From Paracoccaceae bacterium (lineage in GTDB: Bacteria > Pseudomonadota > Alphaproteobacteria > Rhodobacterales > Rhodobacteraceae), in the NCBI GenBank assembly GCA_027045905.1, contig JALTZY010000194.1, positions 1 through 46,672 on the forward strand: 46,672 nt of DNA, given 5' to 3'. Below the pieces are notes generated by a model. It saw only the letters and a list, made by a program, of their open reading frames with translations. It searched no databases and had not been told where the DNA came from. A program made the position numbers and the translations under genes. This document shows positions 1 to 11,949 of the stretch, piece after piece; within the stretch, counting starts at the first letter, position 1; each line of letters begins with the position of its first letter.

Positions 1-132
1 CCATCTCGTGGATGGAGACAGTGAATCAGAAAAAGAATCAGAAAAATCCGCGATTGAAATCCCTGATGCGATTCAGACAGAAATCATCTCGCTCCAGGCG
101 CCCGTCCGAGCGCAGGAAGACCCCCGAATCTC

Positions 133-156
133 CAACATTTTTCGCGAAAAATGTTG
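133..156. repeat. 24-nt perfect palindrome CAACATTTTTCGCGAAAAATGTTG, one of three related A/T-cored palindromes (others at 23777-23797 and 30568-30588)
   Basis: Read directly from the sequence. It is preceded by CCCCCGAATC (121-130), as is the 30568 copy. It lies 32 nt downstream of the minus-strand M23 peptidase stop. Confidence 0.6.
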
Positions 157-187
157 CTTTTCCGGGGCCGCGCGCAAGCGCGCGGTA

Positions 188-1170
188 TCAGCGCGTAACC
201 TCGATGCCCCGCACGAGCTTCGGGCCGAGCGGAATGCCGTCCCGCAGAAGCTGGCTCTCGCCACGATAGATCCCGGGCGCCCAGCCGCCCGCGGGCCGCC
301 GCTTGCCGATGGCACGAAACAGGCGGGCCCGGTTGCGCTCGATCAGGTGGTCCCGGCTGACCAGCAGCCGCCCGTCGGGGGCGCGGATCGTCAGGCGCAG
401 CACATCGCCCGACCGCGCACCAAAGGCCTGGACCCAGATTACCAGCGCCGGCGCTTCGGGGGTGGTACTTTCCACGCTCGCGAGCCCGGCCTTGATCGCA
501 CCGTATCGGGGCACGCCGAGCGCCATGCCCGCGCTTACCAGCCCGCCGGGCTGGTAAGACACCGGCTCGAGCCAGAGAGCATCCTCACCGGGTGCGCTGC
601 AGCCAGGCACTCCGTCGCGGTCGAACGGATCCACCGCTTCGCCGTCCCTGCGCAGTTCGAAATGCAGGTGGGGAAATTCGGTATTGCCGGAAAAGCCTAC
701 CTCCCCCAGCCGCACCCCCATGCCCACGCGCTGACCGGGCGTCACGGCGATGGAGCCCCGTTTCATGTGGCAATACTGGCTCTCCCATCCGCCGCCATGG
801 TCGATCACCACGCCATTACCGCATTCCTTGCCGGGGATCACGCTGCCGTCATCGGGCTCGCCGTCGCGCAGGGCACGCACCACGCCGGGCGCGGCGGCGC
901 GCACCGTAACGCCGGCGCGCATCGCCGCCATGTCGAAAAGCGCAATGTCGGTGCCCCTGTGCCCGTCATAGCTGAGCGTCCCACAGGCAAAGTCCGCGAC
1001 CCCCGGCCCCGGCTCGCTGTCGCGATAATTCTGCACGAAGCAGGTTTCGCCCGGGGCGCAGTCCACCGGCCAGCCCAGCCGGAAGTCGCGCGCATCGGCC
1101 ATATGCGCTCCCGCGAACAGCAGCACCAGCCACATCGCGATGCGAATCGTCACGCTCCCCCGCGCCCGGC

Positions 1171-1174
<4 letters not shown>
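188..1174 (-). CDS. M23/LytM-family metallopeptidase, probably secreted
   Basis: The ORF carries the HxxxD motif (GHRGTD) and the HxH motif (FPHLHFE) typical of peptidase M23, plus a signal-like N-terminus (RIAMWLVLLFAGAHMADA). The start appears to be TTG at 1174, overlapping the clpA stop (TTGA); an alternative ATG lies at 1135. Confidence 0.8.
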
Positions 1175-3510
<2,336 letters not shown>

Positions 3511-3661
3511 CTCTCCGTCTTGGGGCGGGGCGGAACCGGACCGATCGGGCCGGCCTGTCCACCCCACTTTCTCCGCATATCCTTAAAGTTCGGTGTTTGC
3601 GGCGAATGTTCAACCCCTTTCTGCTCACATTCGCGCGCAACAGCCCCGGCACCGCCCGAAG

Positions 3662-3711
3662 CCTTTCATCTTTCCGGCAATACTCCGGGGGTGTGGGGGC
3701 CGCGCCCCCAC
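3662..3711 (-). repeat. REP-like element copy A (8-bp GC hairpin GTGGGGGC-GCG-GCCCCCAC plus tail ACCCCCGGAGTATT-GCCG-GAAAGATGAAAGG)
   Basis: Read on the minus strand. The same tail recurs at 14487-14519, 16872-16907 and 23740-23770. This copy lies between the gloB stop and the clpA start. Confidence 0.75.
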
Positions 3712-3743
3712 ATGGGTCGCCTGCGCCAGCAGGCGAAATTCCT

Positions 3744-4511
3744 TCAGAAATCGTCCTTGCGGCGGCGAATCTCGGCAAATACCTCCGCATCCCGCGCCCC
3801 CTCCATGCCCAGCGCCGCCTTCACCTGCGGCAAATCCGCCCGCAGGAAGGGATTGGTGGCCAGTTCCAGCGACAGCAGCGAGGGCACCGTCGCATCGCCC
3901 TTCGCGCTGAGCGCCCTGACCTCCGCCATGCGCGCCACCAGCGCCTCGTTGCCGGGCTCGATGGTCAGGGCGAAGGCGCCGTTGGCCTCGGTATATTCAT
4001 GCCCCGAGCAGACCCGCGTTTCGCCGGGCAGGGCGGCGATTCGCCCGAGACTCTCCCACATCTGCGCCGCACTTCCCTCGAACAGCCGCCCGCAGCCCAG
4101 CGCCATCAGGCTGTCGCCGGTAAAGACCGCGCCGGCATCGGCGATGTAATAGGCCACATGGCCCAGCGTATGGCCGGGCACATCGAGCACCTCGACCGCA
4201 TGGCCGGACCAGTCGAATGTCTCGCCCCCGGCCACGGCGCGGTCGAGCTTCGGCAGGCGGTGGGCATCGGCCGCCGCCCCGGTCATTTCGAGATCGAAGG
4301 CCTGCCGCAGGTCGTCCAGCCCGTCCACATGGTCGTAATGATGGTGCGTCAGAAGGACATCGGTGAGCGTCCAGCCGCGCGCCTCGAGCGCGGCAACGAT
4401 CGGCCAGCTTTCCGGCGCATCCACCAGCAGGGTCCGACGGCTTTCGTTGTCATGCAGCAAAAAGGCGTAATTGTCGGCCAGACAGGGGACGGTCACGAGT
4501 TCAAGGGTCAT
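3744..4511 (-). CDS. gloB: hydroxyacylglutathione hydrolase (glyoxalase II)
   Basis: It has the metallo-beta-lactamase motif THHHYDHVDG, GHTLGHV, and a C-terminal glyoxalase II-type tail. The start is set at ATG 4511 (MTLELVTVPCLADNYAF). Confidence 0.85.
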   Translation of the reverse strand: MTLELVTVPCLADNYAFLLHDNESRRTLLVDAPESWPIVAALEARGWTLTDVLLTHHHYDHVDGLDDLRQAFDLEMTGAAADAHRLPKLDRAVAGGETFDWSGHAVEVLDVPGHTLGHVAYYIADAGAVFTGDSLMALGCGRLFEGSAAQMWESLGRIAALPGETRVCSGHEYTEANGAFALTIEPGNEALVARMAEVRALSAKGDATVPSLLSLELATNPFLRADLPQVKAALGMEGARDAEVFAEIRRRKDDF

Positions 4512-4647
4512 CGGGTACCTCGCAGGTCCAAGCGTGATTGCAAGCCAAGTCTTGCCGATCGGACGCGCATTGGCAATATGGGGGTAATGTGGATGGGGCG
4601 AAGTGCCGGGCGGCATGACATTGCGAAAACGGGATGAGAGGAATCAA

Positions 4648-5190
4648 ATGACCGATTTCAATCTGCTGGGCCTGTCGGGCTCTCTGCGCAAGGGATCCTG
4701 GAACACGCGCCTGCTGCACGAGGCCGCCCGGTTGGGCGATGCGCGCCTGACACTGGGCGACCTGCGCCTGCCGCTCTACGACGGCGACCTCGAAGAGGCC
4801 GAAGGCATCCCGCAGGCGGTGCGGCACCTGGCCGGGCAGGTCGCCGATGCCGATGCGGTGCTGATCGCCACCCCCGAATACAACAAGAGCTTCCCGGGCG
4901 TGCTCAAGAACGGACTCGACTGGATCAGCCGGACGGAAGGCAACCCCTGGCGCGACAAGCCCGTGGCGATCGTCTCGGCGGCGGCGGGCCGGGAAGGAGG
5001 CGCGCGGGCGCAATTCGCCCTGCGCCTGGCCATGAATCCGTTCCGCCCGCGCCTGCTGACAGGCCCCGAAGTGATGGTGGCCGCCGCCGAGGAGCAGTTC
5101 GGCGCCGACGGCACCCTGACGGGAGGGAATTATGCGCGCCTGCTGAGCTTGCTGGTGGAAGGGCTGAAGAAAGCGGCGGGCAAGGGATAG
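4648..5190 (+). CDS. NADPH-dependent FMN reductase family oxidoreductase
   Basis: The motifs LLGLSGSLRKGSWN and ATPEYNKSFPGVLKNGLDWIS match the FMN_red family pattern. The start is set at ATG 4648 (MTDFNLLG). Confidence 0.75.
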   Translation: MTDFNLLGLSGSLRKGSWNTRLLHEAARLGDARLTLGDLRLPLYDGDLEEAEGIPQAVRHLAGQVADADAVLIATPEYNKSFPGVLKNGLDWISRTEGNPWRDKPVAIVSAAAGREGGARAQFALRLAMNPFRPRLLTGPEVMVAAAEEQFGADGTLTGGNYARLLSLLVEGLKKAAGKG

Positions 5191-5496
5191 GCCCGCGGGC
5201 GGGCGACATTTTCGCCGCTTCCGAAAGGCCGGCGGTCAGGGGCATCCTGGCGCGCCTCGATCCTCGGGCGTTCCCCGCATGAGCGCCCCCTTCGCCATCG
5301 CCTCTCCGCCGGCATCCGCAGGCACCGGAAAGCCCGGGCACGGGTCTTGCAATCCGCCACGGCGCGGAAAATACTGGCCGAAAGCCGGGAAGCACCCCGA
5401 CCGCGCCCGGGCGCCGAGCGGAGGGCAAGCGCGAACACAGACCCCGGGCGACGAGGGCGCCGGGGCGGGCGGCGAGAAAGAGCAGGAGGAGACCCC

Positions 5497-6201
5497 ATGA
5501 CCATACACATCGGTGCCGCGCCGGGAGAGATTGCCGAAACCGTGCTGATGCCGGGCGACCCCTACCGCGCGCGCTGGGTGGCGGAGAACTTTCTCGAAGA
5601 CGCCCGGCTGGTCAACGAGGTGCGCGGGATGCTGGGCTTCACCGGCACCTGGCAGGGAAATCGGGTCAGCGTGCAGGGCTCGGGCATGGGGATGCCCTCC
5701 TTCTCGATCTATGCCAACGAACTGATCCGCGACTATGGTGCCAGAACCCTGATCCGCATCGGCAGCGCCGGGGCGATGCAGGAGCATGTGGCAATCCGCG
5801 ACCTGATCATCGCCATGACCTGCTCTTCGGTCTCCACCCCGTCCGCGACCATCCTGCGCGAGCTCAATTTCGCCCCCTGCGCCGACTGGTCCCTGCTCAG
5901 CGCCGCGGTGGCGGCTGCCGAGCGTCGCGACGTCCGGGCCCATGTGGGCGGGCTCTATTCCTCCGACACCTTTTATGACGAGCGCGACGACCTGCAGAAG
6001 CAGCTGATCCGCCATGGCGTGCTCGGGGTCGAGATGGAAGCGGCCGAGCTTTACATCCTCGCCGCCCGCCACGGCATCCGCGCGCTGGCCATCGTCACCG
6101 TCTCCGACCACCTGCTCACCCACGAGGCGCTGCCCTCTTCAGAGCGCGAGCGGAGCTTTTCCGAGATGGTGGAAATCGCCCTGGAAGCCGCCTTTGCCTG
6201 A
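5497..6201 (+). CDS. deoD: purine nucleoside phosphorylase, DeoD type
   Basis: The product begins [25 protein letters not shown] and contains [17 protein letters not shown] and [10 protein letters not shown]. An AGGAGGA ribosome-binding site lies at 5484-5490. Confidence 0.9.
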   Translation: MTIHIGAAPGEIAETVLMPGDPYRARWVAENFLEDARLVNEVRGMLGFTGTWQGNRVSVQGSGMGMPSFSIYANELIRDYGARTLIRIGSAGAMQEHVAIRDLIIAMTCSSVSTPSATILRELNFAPCADWSLLSAAVAAAERRDVRAHVGGLYSSDTFYDERDDLQKQLIRHGVLGVEMEAAELYILAARHGIRALAIVTVSDHLLTHEALPSSERERSFSEMVEIALEAAFA

Positions 6202-6243
6202 AGCGCCGGTCGCCGCGCTGGCAGCTGCGAAAGGACGCAGCCT

Positions 6244-8313
6244 ATGCCCCCCTCTCCCTACGACATCCTGTTCGAGCCGGTGCGGATCGGACCGCTTATG
6301 GCGCCCAACCGCTTCTACCAGGTGCCCCATTGCACCGGCATGGGCCACCGCTACCCGCAGGCCGAAGCCCGCCTGCGCGCGATCAAGGCCGAGGGCGGCT
6401 GGGGCGTGGTCTCGACCCAGGAGACCGAGATCCACCCGAGTTCCGACCTGACCCCGGCCAACGAGGCCCGCCTGTGGGATGCGCGCGACCTCCCCGCCTT
6501 GCGCCTCGTTGCCGAGGCGATTCACGAACACGGCAGCCTCGCCGCGATCCAGCTGGCCCATAACGGCCTGCATACCGCCAACCGCCATTCGCGCGCGCTG
6601 CCGCTGGCCCCCTCCCCGGCCCCCGTTGACAGCAACGACCCGGTGCAGGCGCGGGCCATGGACAAGGCCGACATCGCCGCCTTTCGCCGCTGGCACCGCG
6701 AGGCCGCCCTGCGCGCGCGCGAGGCCGGCTTCGACATCATCTATGTCTATGCCGGCCATGACATGACCCTCTTGCAGCACTTCCTGCTCAGGCGCCACAA
6801 CCACCGCAGCGACGAATATGGCGGCCCGCTCGAAAACCGCCTGCGCCTGTTTCGCGAGGTGCTGACCGATACCCGCGACGCGGTGGGCGACAGCTGCGCC
6901 ATTGCCGTGCGCCTGGCGGTGGACGAACTCCTGGGCGAGGCCGGAATCCGCCATGACGGCGAAGCGCGCGAGATCATCGAGGCCCTGGCCGATGAGCCGG
7001 ACCTGTGGGACGTGAACATCTCCGACTGGGCCAATGACAGCCAGAGCGCGCGCTTTTCGCAGGAGGGCTATCAGGAGCCCTATACGCGCTTCGTCAAGCA
7101 GGTGACCAGCAAGCCGGTGGTGGGCGTGGGGCGCTATACTTCGCCCGACACCATGGCGCGGCTGATCCGATCCGGCCATCTCGACCTGATCGGCGCCGCC
7201 CGCCCCTCGATCGCCGATCCTTTCCTGCCGGAAAAGATCCGCTCCGACCGGCTTGAGGAGATACGCGAATGTATCGGCTGCAATATCTGCGTCTCGGGCG
7301 ACAATACCAACGTGCCCATGCGCTGCACCCAGAATCCGACCATTGGCGAGGAATGGCGTCGGGGCTGGCACCCGGAGCGGGTGGCGCCGCTCCCGGCACC
7401 CGAGCGCCATCTGGTGATCGGCGGCGGCCCGGCGGGGCTGGAGGCGGCGCTGACGCTGATGCGCCGGGGCGCCGAGGTGACCCTGGCCGAGGCGCGGGGA
7501 GAGTGGGGCGGGCGCGTCACGCGCGAAAGCGCCCTGCCCGGCCTTGCCGCCTGGGCGCGCCTCCGGGACGGGCGCCTGTGGCAGCTGCGCCAGAGCGCGC
7601 GGGTGTCGCTCCACCTCGAAAGCCCGCTTGCAGCCGAAGACGTGCTGGAACTGGGGCACACCCATGTGGCGATTGCCACCGGCGCGCGCTGGCGCGTGGA
7701 CGGGGCCGGCCGCCGGCACCGCTTGCCGCTCGCCTTTCTCGACCCGGCCCGCGTGGTCGGCCCGGATGCGCTGCTCGCGCGTGGTGCCGAGGCAATCGCC
7801 GCGCCGGGGCCCGTGGTGATCTATGACGATGACCGCTTCTATCTCGCGAGCCTGCTGGCGGAACTGCTCGCCCTGGCCGGGCGCGAGGTGGCCTTCGTCA
7901 CTCCGGCGCCGGTGGTGGCGCCCTGGAGCGAACACACGCTGGAGCAGGCGCGCATCCAGAAGCGGCTGATCAAGCTCGACGTGCCCCTCTACCTGTCACG
8001 GGAACTCGCCGGCATGGGGGCGGCGCGCCTCACCCTCGCCTGCACCTATTCGGGCCGGCGCGAGGAGATCGCCTGCGCCACGCTGGTGCCGGTCACCGCG
8101 CGCCTGCCGGAAGACGGGCTCTGGCAGGCGCTTCAGGCGCGCCGGGGCGAGTGGGAGGAAGCGGGCATCCGCTCCGTCAGCCGGGTCGGCGACTGCCTCG
8201 CCCCCGGCCTGATCGCCGCCGCGGTGCAGTCCGGCCATGCTTACGCCCGCGCCGCCGGGAGCGGCGAAAAGCCCCCCCTGCGCGAGGATTACGGACATGT
8301 CCAGCGCATCTAG
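6244..8313 (+). CDS. FMN/FAD/4Fe-4S flavoprotein of the trimethylamine/dimethylamine dehydrogenase - 2,4-dienoyl-CoA reductase family (substrate unknown)
   Basis: It has an N-terminal OYE-type barrel, a Cys cluster CIGCNICVSGDNTNVPMRCTQNP, then the dinucleotide fold VIGGGPAGLEAA. The stop TAG shares a CTAG tetranucleotide with the convergent gene at 8310. Confidence 0.8.
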   Translation: MPPSPYDILFEPVRIGPLMAPNRFYQVPHCTGMGHRYPQAEARLRAIKAEGGWGVVSTQETEIHPSSDLTPANEARLWDARDLPALRLVAEAIHEHGSLAAIQLAHNGLHTANRHSRALPLAPSPAPVDSNDPVQARAMDKADIAAFRRWHREAALRAREAGFDIIYVYAGHDMTLLQHFLLRRHNHRSDEYGGPLENRLRLFREVLTDTRDAVGDSCAIAVRLAVDELLGEAGIRHDGEAREIIEALADEPDLWDVNISDWANDSQSARFSQEGYQEPYTRFVKQVTSKPVVGVGRYTSPDTMARLIRSGHLDLIGAARPSIADPFLPEKIRSDRLEEIRECIGCNICVSGDNTNVPMRCTQNPTIGEEWRRGWHPERVAPLPAPERHLVIGGGPAGLEAALTLMRRGAEVTLAEARGEWGGRVTRESALPGLAAWARLRDGRLWQLRQSARVSLHLESPLAAEDVLELGHTHVAIATGARWRVDGAGRRHRLPLAFLDPARVVGPDALLARGAEAIAAPGPVVIYDDDRFYLASLLAELLALAGREVAFVTPAPVVAPWSEHTLEQARIQKRLIKLDVPLYLSRELAGMGAARLTLACTYSGRREEIACATLVPVTARLPEDGLWQALQARRGEWEEAGIRSVSRVGDCLAPGLIAAAVQSGHAYARAAGSGEKPPLREDYGHVQRI

Positions 8314-9584
8314 CGCGCCCCGGCCAAGTGGCCGAGCAGCGCACCGGCCTCGTAGAATGCCTGCCTGAGGCGCACCAGCCGCTCGCGATGTTCGGCGACC
8401 GGTGCCAGCGGCAGCCCCCCCGTGTCGCCCGACAGAAGCGCCCGTGCCGCCGCCTCGCCAAACATCGTGCCCGGTCCGATCCCGCGCCCGGAATAGCCGA
8501 GGCAGGAGAGCGCGTCGGGGCCGATCCGCACCAGCTTCGGCAGGTGATCGGCGGTCATGGCGATACGCCCGTGCCACTGGTATTCTACAGGCATGTCAGC
8601 GGCTTGCGGGAAAAGCTCCGCCAGCTTGCGCCGCGCCCAGCTTGCATGGATGCGCCCGGCCGCGTGATCCAGCCGGCCGATCCCGCCGACGATCAGCCGC
8701 CCGGCCCGGTCGAGCCTGAAGGAGGACATGACCAGCGCCGTATCCCAGCAGCCTTCGCCCCCGGGCATGATCTCTGCCCGCAGCTCCGGCGGCAGCGGTG
8801 CGGTGGCGATCTGGGCGAAGTGGACCGGCACGAAATCCTGCCGCACCGGGGCGATATCGCCCCGTATATAGGCGTTGGTCGCCAGCAGCAGGGCACGGGC
8901 GCGGATCGTGCCGCCCGGTGTCTCGACGATCCATGCCCCGCGCTCGCGGCGCAGGGCGCGGGCCGGGCTGTGCGCATGGAGGCGTGCCCCCAGTCCATGC
9001 GCCGCCCGTGCAAGGCCCAGCGCATAGGCGCGCGGCTGGATGGTCCCGGCGCGCGCATCGAACAGGGCGCCGTGGATGCGCTCCGTCCCCACCCGCGCCC
9101 GGGCCTCTGCCGCCCCCAACAGGCGCACCGGCGCGCCGGCGGCGACAAGCTGGCGGTGGCGCTCGGCAAGCTCGCGCATCCCCGCCGACGCATGGGCGCA
9201 ATGCAGCGTGCCGCGCCGCCTCGCCTCACAGGCGATGCCATGCGCCTCGATCAGTTCAAAGACCCGCGCCGGGGCCCCGGCCAGCAGCGCATTGAGCCGC
9301 CCGCCCGCCTCGGCGCCCAGCCGCGCGGCGATCTCTCCGGGGGGCGTCCAGAGCCCGGCATTGACCAGCCCGACATTGCGCCCGGAGCCGCCATGGGCCA
9401 GCGTTTCGGCCTCGACCAGCGCCACCTTCGCCCCCGCCTTCGCCGCCCACAGCGCCGCCGACAGGCCGGTGAAGCCGCCGCCGATCACGGCCAGATCGGC
9501 CCCGGCCTCGCCCGACAGGGGCGGCGCTGCCGGCCCGCTGCCGGAGGTGTCGCTCCAGAGGATCTTCTGCCCGTCCGCCGTCAT
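8310..9584 (-). CDS. FAD-dependent oxidoreductase (DAO family, gamma-glutamylputrescine oxidase-like)
   Basis: It contains LAVIGGGFTGLSAALWAAKAGAKVALVE and GGSGRNVG. The start is set at ATG 9584 (MTADGQKILW); the longer 742-aa ORF upstream is a GC artefact that overlaps the transporter gene. Confidence 0.8.
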   Translation of the reverse strand: MTADGQKILWSDTSGSGPAAPPLSGEAGADLAVIGGGFTGLSAALWAAKAGAKVALVEAETLAHGGSGRNVGLVNAGLWTPPGEIAARLGAEAGGRLNALLAGAPARVFELIEAHGIACEARRRGTLHCAHASAGMRELAERHRQLVAAGAPVRLLGAAEARARVGTERIHGALFDARAGTIQPRAYALGLARAAHGLGARLHAHSPARALRRERGAWIVETPGGTIRARALLLATNAYIRGDIAPVRQDFVPVHFAQIATAPLPPELRAEIMPGGEGCWDTALVMSSFRLDRAGRLIVGGIGRLDHAAGRIHASWARRKLAELFPQAADMPVEYQWHGRIAMTADHLPKLVRIGPDALSCLGYSGRGIGPGTMFGEAAARALLSGDTGGLPLAPVAEHRERLVRLRQAFYEAGALLGHLAGAR

Positions 9585-9970
9585 CGCGACACCACGCCTG
9601 CCCCGTTCCCGTCCCCGCCGCGCCCCTGCCGCACCCCGCTCCGCGGCAGCCGGCGCGACCGGCAGATGCCGCGAAGAGACCGCTCCTGCCCGGCTGGAGC
9701 GGATATCGATTCGCCTCTCGGGAGGCTCGGCCACCCGCCGGCAAATGGCAAGCCCCGGCCCGCGCTTGAACCGGCCCGCACTCGGAGAGGCCATGGTGCG
9801 CGCCGCCGGGCACCGGTGCCCTTGACGCATCTGTCGGTTTTCGTGGCTGCCGTGCCGCCGCCGATCTGCCGCCTTGCAAGGGAGCGGTGCCGAAGCGGAT
9901 ACAGGCAGGAACGCCCCTGAAGAGAAAGACCGGCGCCGCCAGCGCCCGCGGGCTCGGGCGCCCGGGCGCT

Positions 9971-11854
9971 TCAGTAAACCAGCGCCATGACCCCCTGACT
10001 GACCACCAGGAAGATCACCGTCATGATCCCGCCCGAGCGCAGGAAATCGGCGACCTTGTAGCCCGCCGGGCCCATGATCAGCGCATTGACCTGGTGGGTG
10101 GGGATGATGAAGCTGTTGGAGGTGGAGATGGCCACGGTCAGGGCGAAGATGGCCGGATCGCCCCCGGCGGCGACCGCGATGGAGACCGCCAGCGGTACCA
10201 GCAGAACGGTAGCGCCGACATTGGACATGACCAGGGTGAAGCCGGTGGCCAGCAGGGCGACGCCGGCCTGAAGCGCCCAGACCGGCCAACCGTCGAGCAG
10301 GGTGATCACCTGATGCGCGATCCAGGCCGCCGTACCGGTATCCTGCACCGCCACCCCCAGCGGGATCAGACTGGCGAGCAGGAAGACCGTATTCCAGCCC
10401 ACGGCGCGATAGGCTTCGTCCATGGAAAGCACCCGGCTCAGGATCATCCCCACCGCGCCCACCAGCAGCGCCAGCGACAGGCGCACGTCGGTAAACAGCA
10501 CCAGCCCCAGCGCGACGGCAAAGAAGAGGAGCGCCCACTGTACCTTGTGCGGGCGCAGCTCCTCTTCGGGGAAATCGGCAGTGACGATGACGAAATCCTT
10601 GATCTTCTTCATCCGCGAAAGCTGCTCCCAGGGCGTGTAGACCACCAGCGTATCGCCGGCCTGAAACGGCACCTGGACGATGCGGGTCGCTTCCTGGTCG
10701 CCGTCTTCGACCAGGCTCATCGTGGCCTCACCCCGGTGAATGGCCAGCAGGCTCATCCCGTAGGAGCGGCGGAACTGCAGCTCCTGAGCGGTCTTGCCGA
10801 TGATGGAGGAGCCCGGCGTGATGACGATCTCGGCCACCCCGGCCTTGGTCGGAGCGAAATCCTCGGCGAAGTGGTCGAGCTCGGGCAGCACTTCCAGCCC
10901 GTAGATGTCGCAGATCTCCTGGATCACCTTCTTGCGGCCGAGGATGGCCAGGCGGCAGGGCGGCTGAATCTCGGTGTCGATGCGCGGGGCGATGACCTTC
11001 ATGCCGCGGTATTCGGTACCGATGATATACATGTGGTGGGCATCCATCATGTCGCCGATGGTCTGGCCGACGAGAATATTGCCCTCGGGCACCAGTACCT
11101 CGACCAGGTCGGCCTTGAGCCCGTAGGTGCGCTTGAGATAATCGGCCATGCTCTGGCCGGCGGTGGCTTCCTCGCCCTTTGCGGTCCGAGGCAGCACCCA
11201 GCGGCCGAACAGCACGAAGTAGAGGATGCCCGAGACGATCAGCGCAAGCCCCACCGGGAGCGGAGCGAACAGGCCGAAAGGCTGCATCTGCGCCTCCGGC
11301 GGCAGGTCGGCATTGGCGGTAACGAGCAGGTCGTTGAGCAGGATCATCGGCGAGGAGCCGACCATGGTCATGGTACCGCCGAGTATGGCGGTAAATCCCA
11401 TGGGCATCAGCAGGCGCGAAAGCGGCAGGTCGGTACGCGCCGAGATCCGGCTGACCACCGGCAGAAACAGCGCCGCGGCGCCGACATTCTGCATGAAGGA
11501 GGAGATGAAGCCCACCGTGCCGGAGATGATCGGGATGATGCGCGCCTCGGTGGAGCCGCCGTATTTGAGGATGACGGCTGCGACCTTGTTCATCAGCCCG
11601 GTCTTGTCCAGCCCCGCGCCGATGATCATCACCGCGATGATGGAGATCACGGCATTGGAGCTGAAGCCATCGAACAGGTGGCCGATATCGGCGAGGTTCT
11701 CCAGCCCCGGCAGATAGCTGAGACCGCCCAGCAATACCATCACCGAGAGCGCGGCCAGGTCCACCCGGACCACCTCGCTGATGAACAGGAACATGGTGAA
11801 TCCCAGCACACAGAGCACGGCGATCATTTCCGTGGTCAGGGCGATGGTTTCCAT
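9971..11854 (-). CDS. SLC13/DASS-type anion permease with two central TrkA-C-like domains
   Basis: The product is polytopic and hydrophobic, split by a soluble central region of about 180 aa, which is the typical DASS/TrkA-C layout. The start at ATG 11854 is preceded by GGGGAGAAAGG. Confidence 0.8.
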   Translation of the reverse strand: METIALTTEMIAVLCVLGFTMFLFISEVVRVDLAALSVMVLLGGLSYLPGLENLADIGHLFDGFSSNAVISIIAVMIIGAGLDKTGLMNKVAAVILKYGGSTEARIIPIISGTVGFISSFMQNVGAAALFLPVVSRISARTDLPLSRLLMPMGFTAILGGTMTMVGSSPMILLNDLLVTANADLPPEAQMQPFGLFAPLPVGLALIVSGILYFVLFGRWVLPRTAKGEEATAGQSMADYLKRTYGLKADLVEVLVPEGNILVGQTIGDMMDAHHMYIIGTEYRGMKVIAPRIDTEIQPPCRLAILGRKKVIQEICDIYGLEVLPELDHFAEDFAPTKAGVAEIVITPGSSIIGKTAQELQFRRSYGMSLLAIHRGEATMSLVEDGDQEATRIVQVPFQAGDTLVVYTPWEQLSRMKKIKDFVIVTADFPEEELRPHKVQWALLFFAVALGLVLFTDVRLSLALLVGAVGMILSRVLSMDEAYRAVGWNTVFLLASLIPLGVAVQDTGTAAWIAHQVITLLDGWPVWALQAGVALLATGFTLVMSNVGATVLLVPLAVSIAVAAGGDPAIFALTVAISTSNSFIIPTHQVNALIMGPAGYKVADFLRSGGIMTVIFLVVSQGVMALVY

Positions 11855-11879
11855 ATCCTTTCTCCCCATGCGATCAGGT

Positions 11880-11949
11880 TCGCGACATAATGCCAAGGGT
11901 GGCCGGGCGGCGGCAAGTAGAAATATTGCGATAGACGAATATGTCGCGA
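11880..11949. promoter_or_regulatory. 10-bp perfect inverted repeat TCGCGACATA (11880-11889) / TATGTCGCGA (11940-11949) in a divergent promoter region
   Basis: Read directly. It lies in the lower-GC 206-nt gap between the transporter start (11854, minus) and the coiled-coil gene start (12061, plus). Confidence 0.4.

Noticed and set aside
5191-5496. The 306-nt gap upstream of deoD, inspected for a purine or ZTP-type riboswitch. The short purE leader (22136-22184) was inspected as well.
   Set aside because: I could not find the conserved cores of purine or ZTP (pfl) riboswitches by eye. Only a covariance-model scan could settle it.
6139-7935. A 598-aa minus-strand ORF opposite the TMADH-like gene.
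   Set aside because: It is a shadow ORF; the plus-strand frame carries the FMN barrel, the Cys cluster and the GGGPAG motifs.
8310-8313. The convergent genes 6244-8313 and 8310-9584 share the tetranucleotide CTAG, which holds both stop codons.
   Set aside because: The overlap is real, but it is a trivial consequence of TAG stops on both strands. No functional inference is warranted.
10302-10309. GTGATCAC occurrences inside coding regions (10302, 18982, 36231, 36628, 38834, 38927).
   Set aside because: All fall in frame as GTG-ATC-ACx (Val-Ile-Thr) or an equivalent reading of preferred codons, so codon usage explains them. They are not counted as regulatory sites.
9585-10538. The N-terminal extension of the 742-aa ORF 8310-10538.
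   Set aside because: The extension overlaps the transporter gene on the same strand in another frame and is Arg/Gly/Pro junk. The Rossmann fold begins about 30 residues after the internal ATG at 9584, as expected for this family.
9887-11890. A 667-aa plus-strand ORF opposite the DASS transporter gene.
   Set aside because: It is a shadow ORF; its His/Arg/Asp/Gly-rich translation is implausible, and the minus frame encodes a clean polytopic permease.
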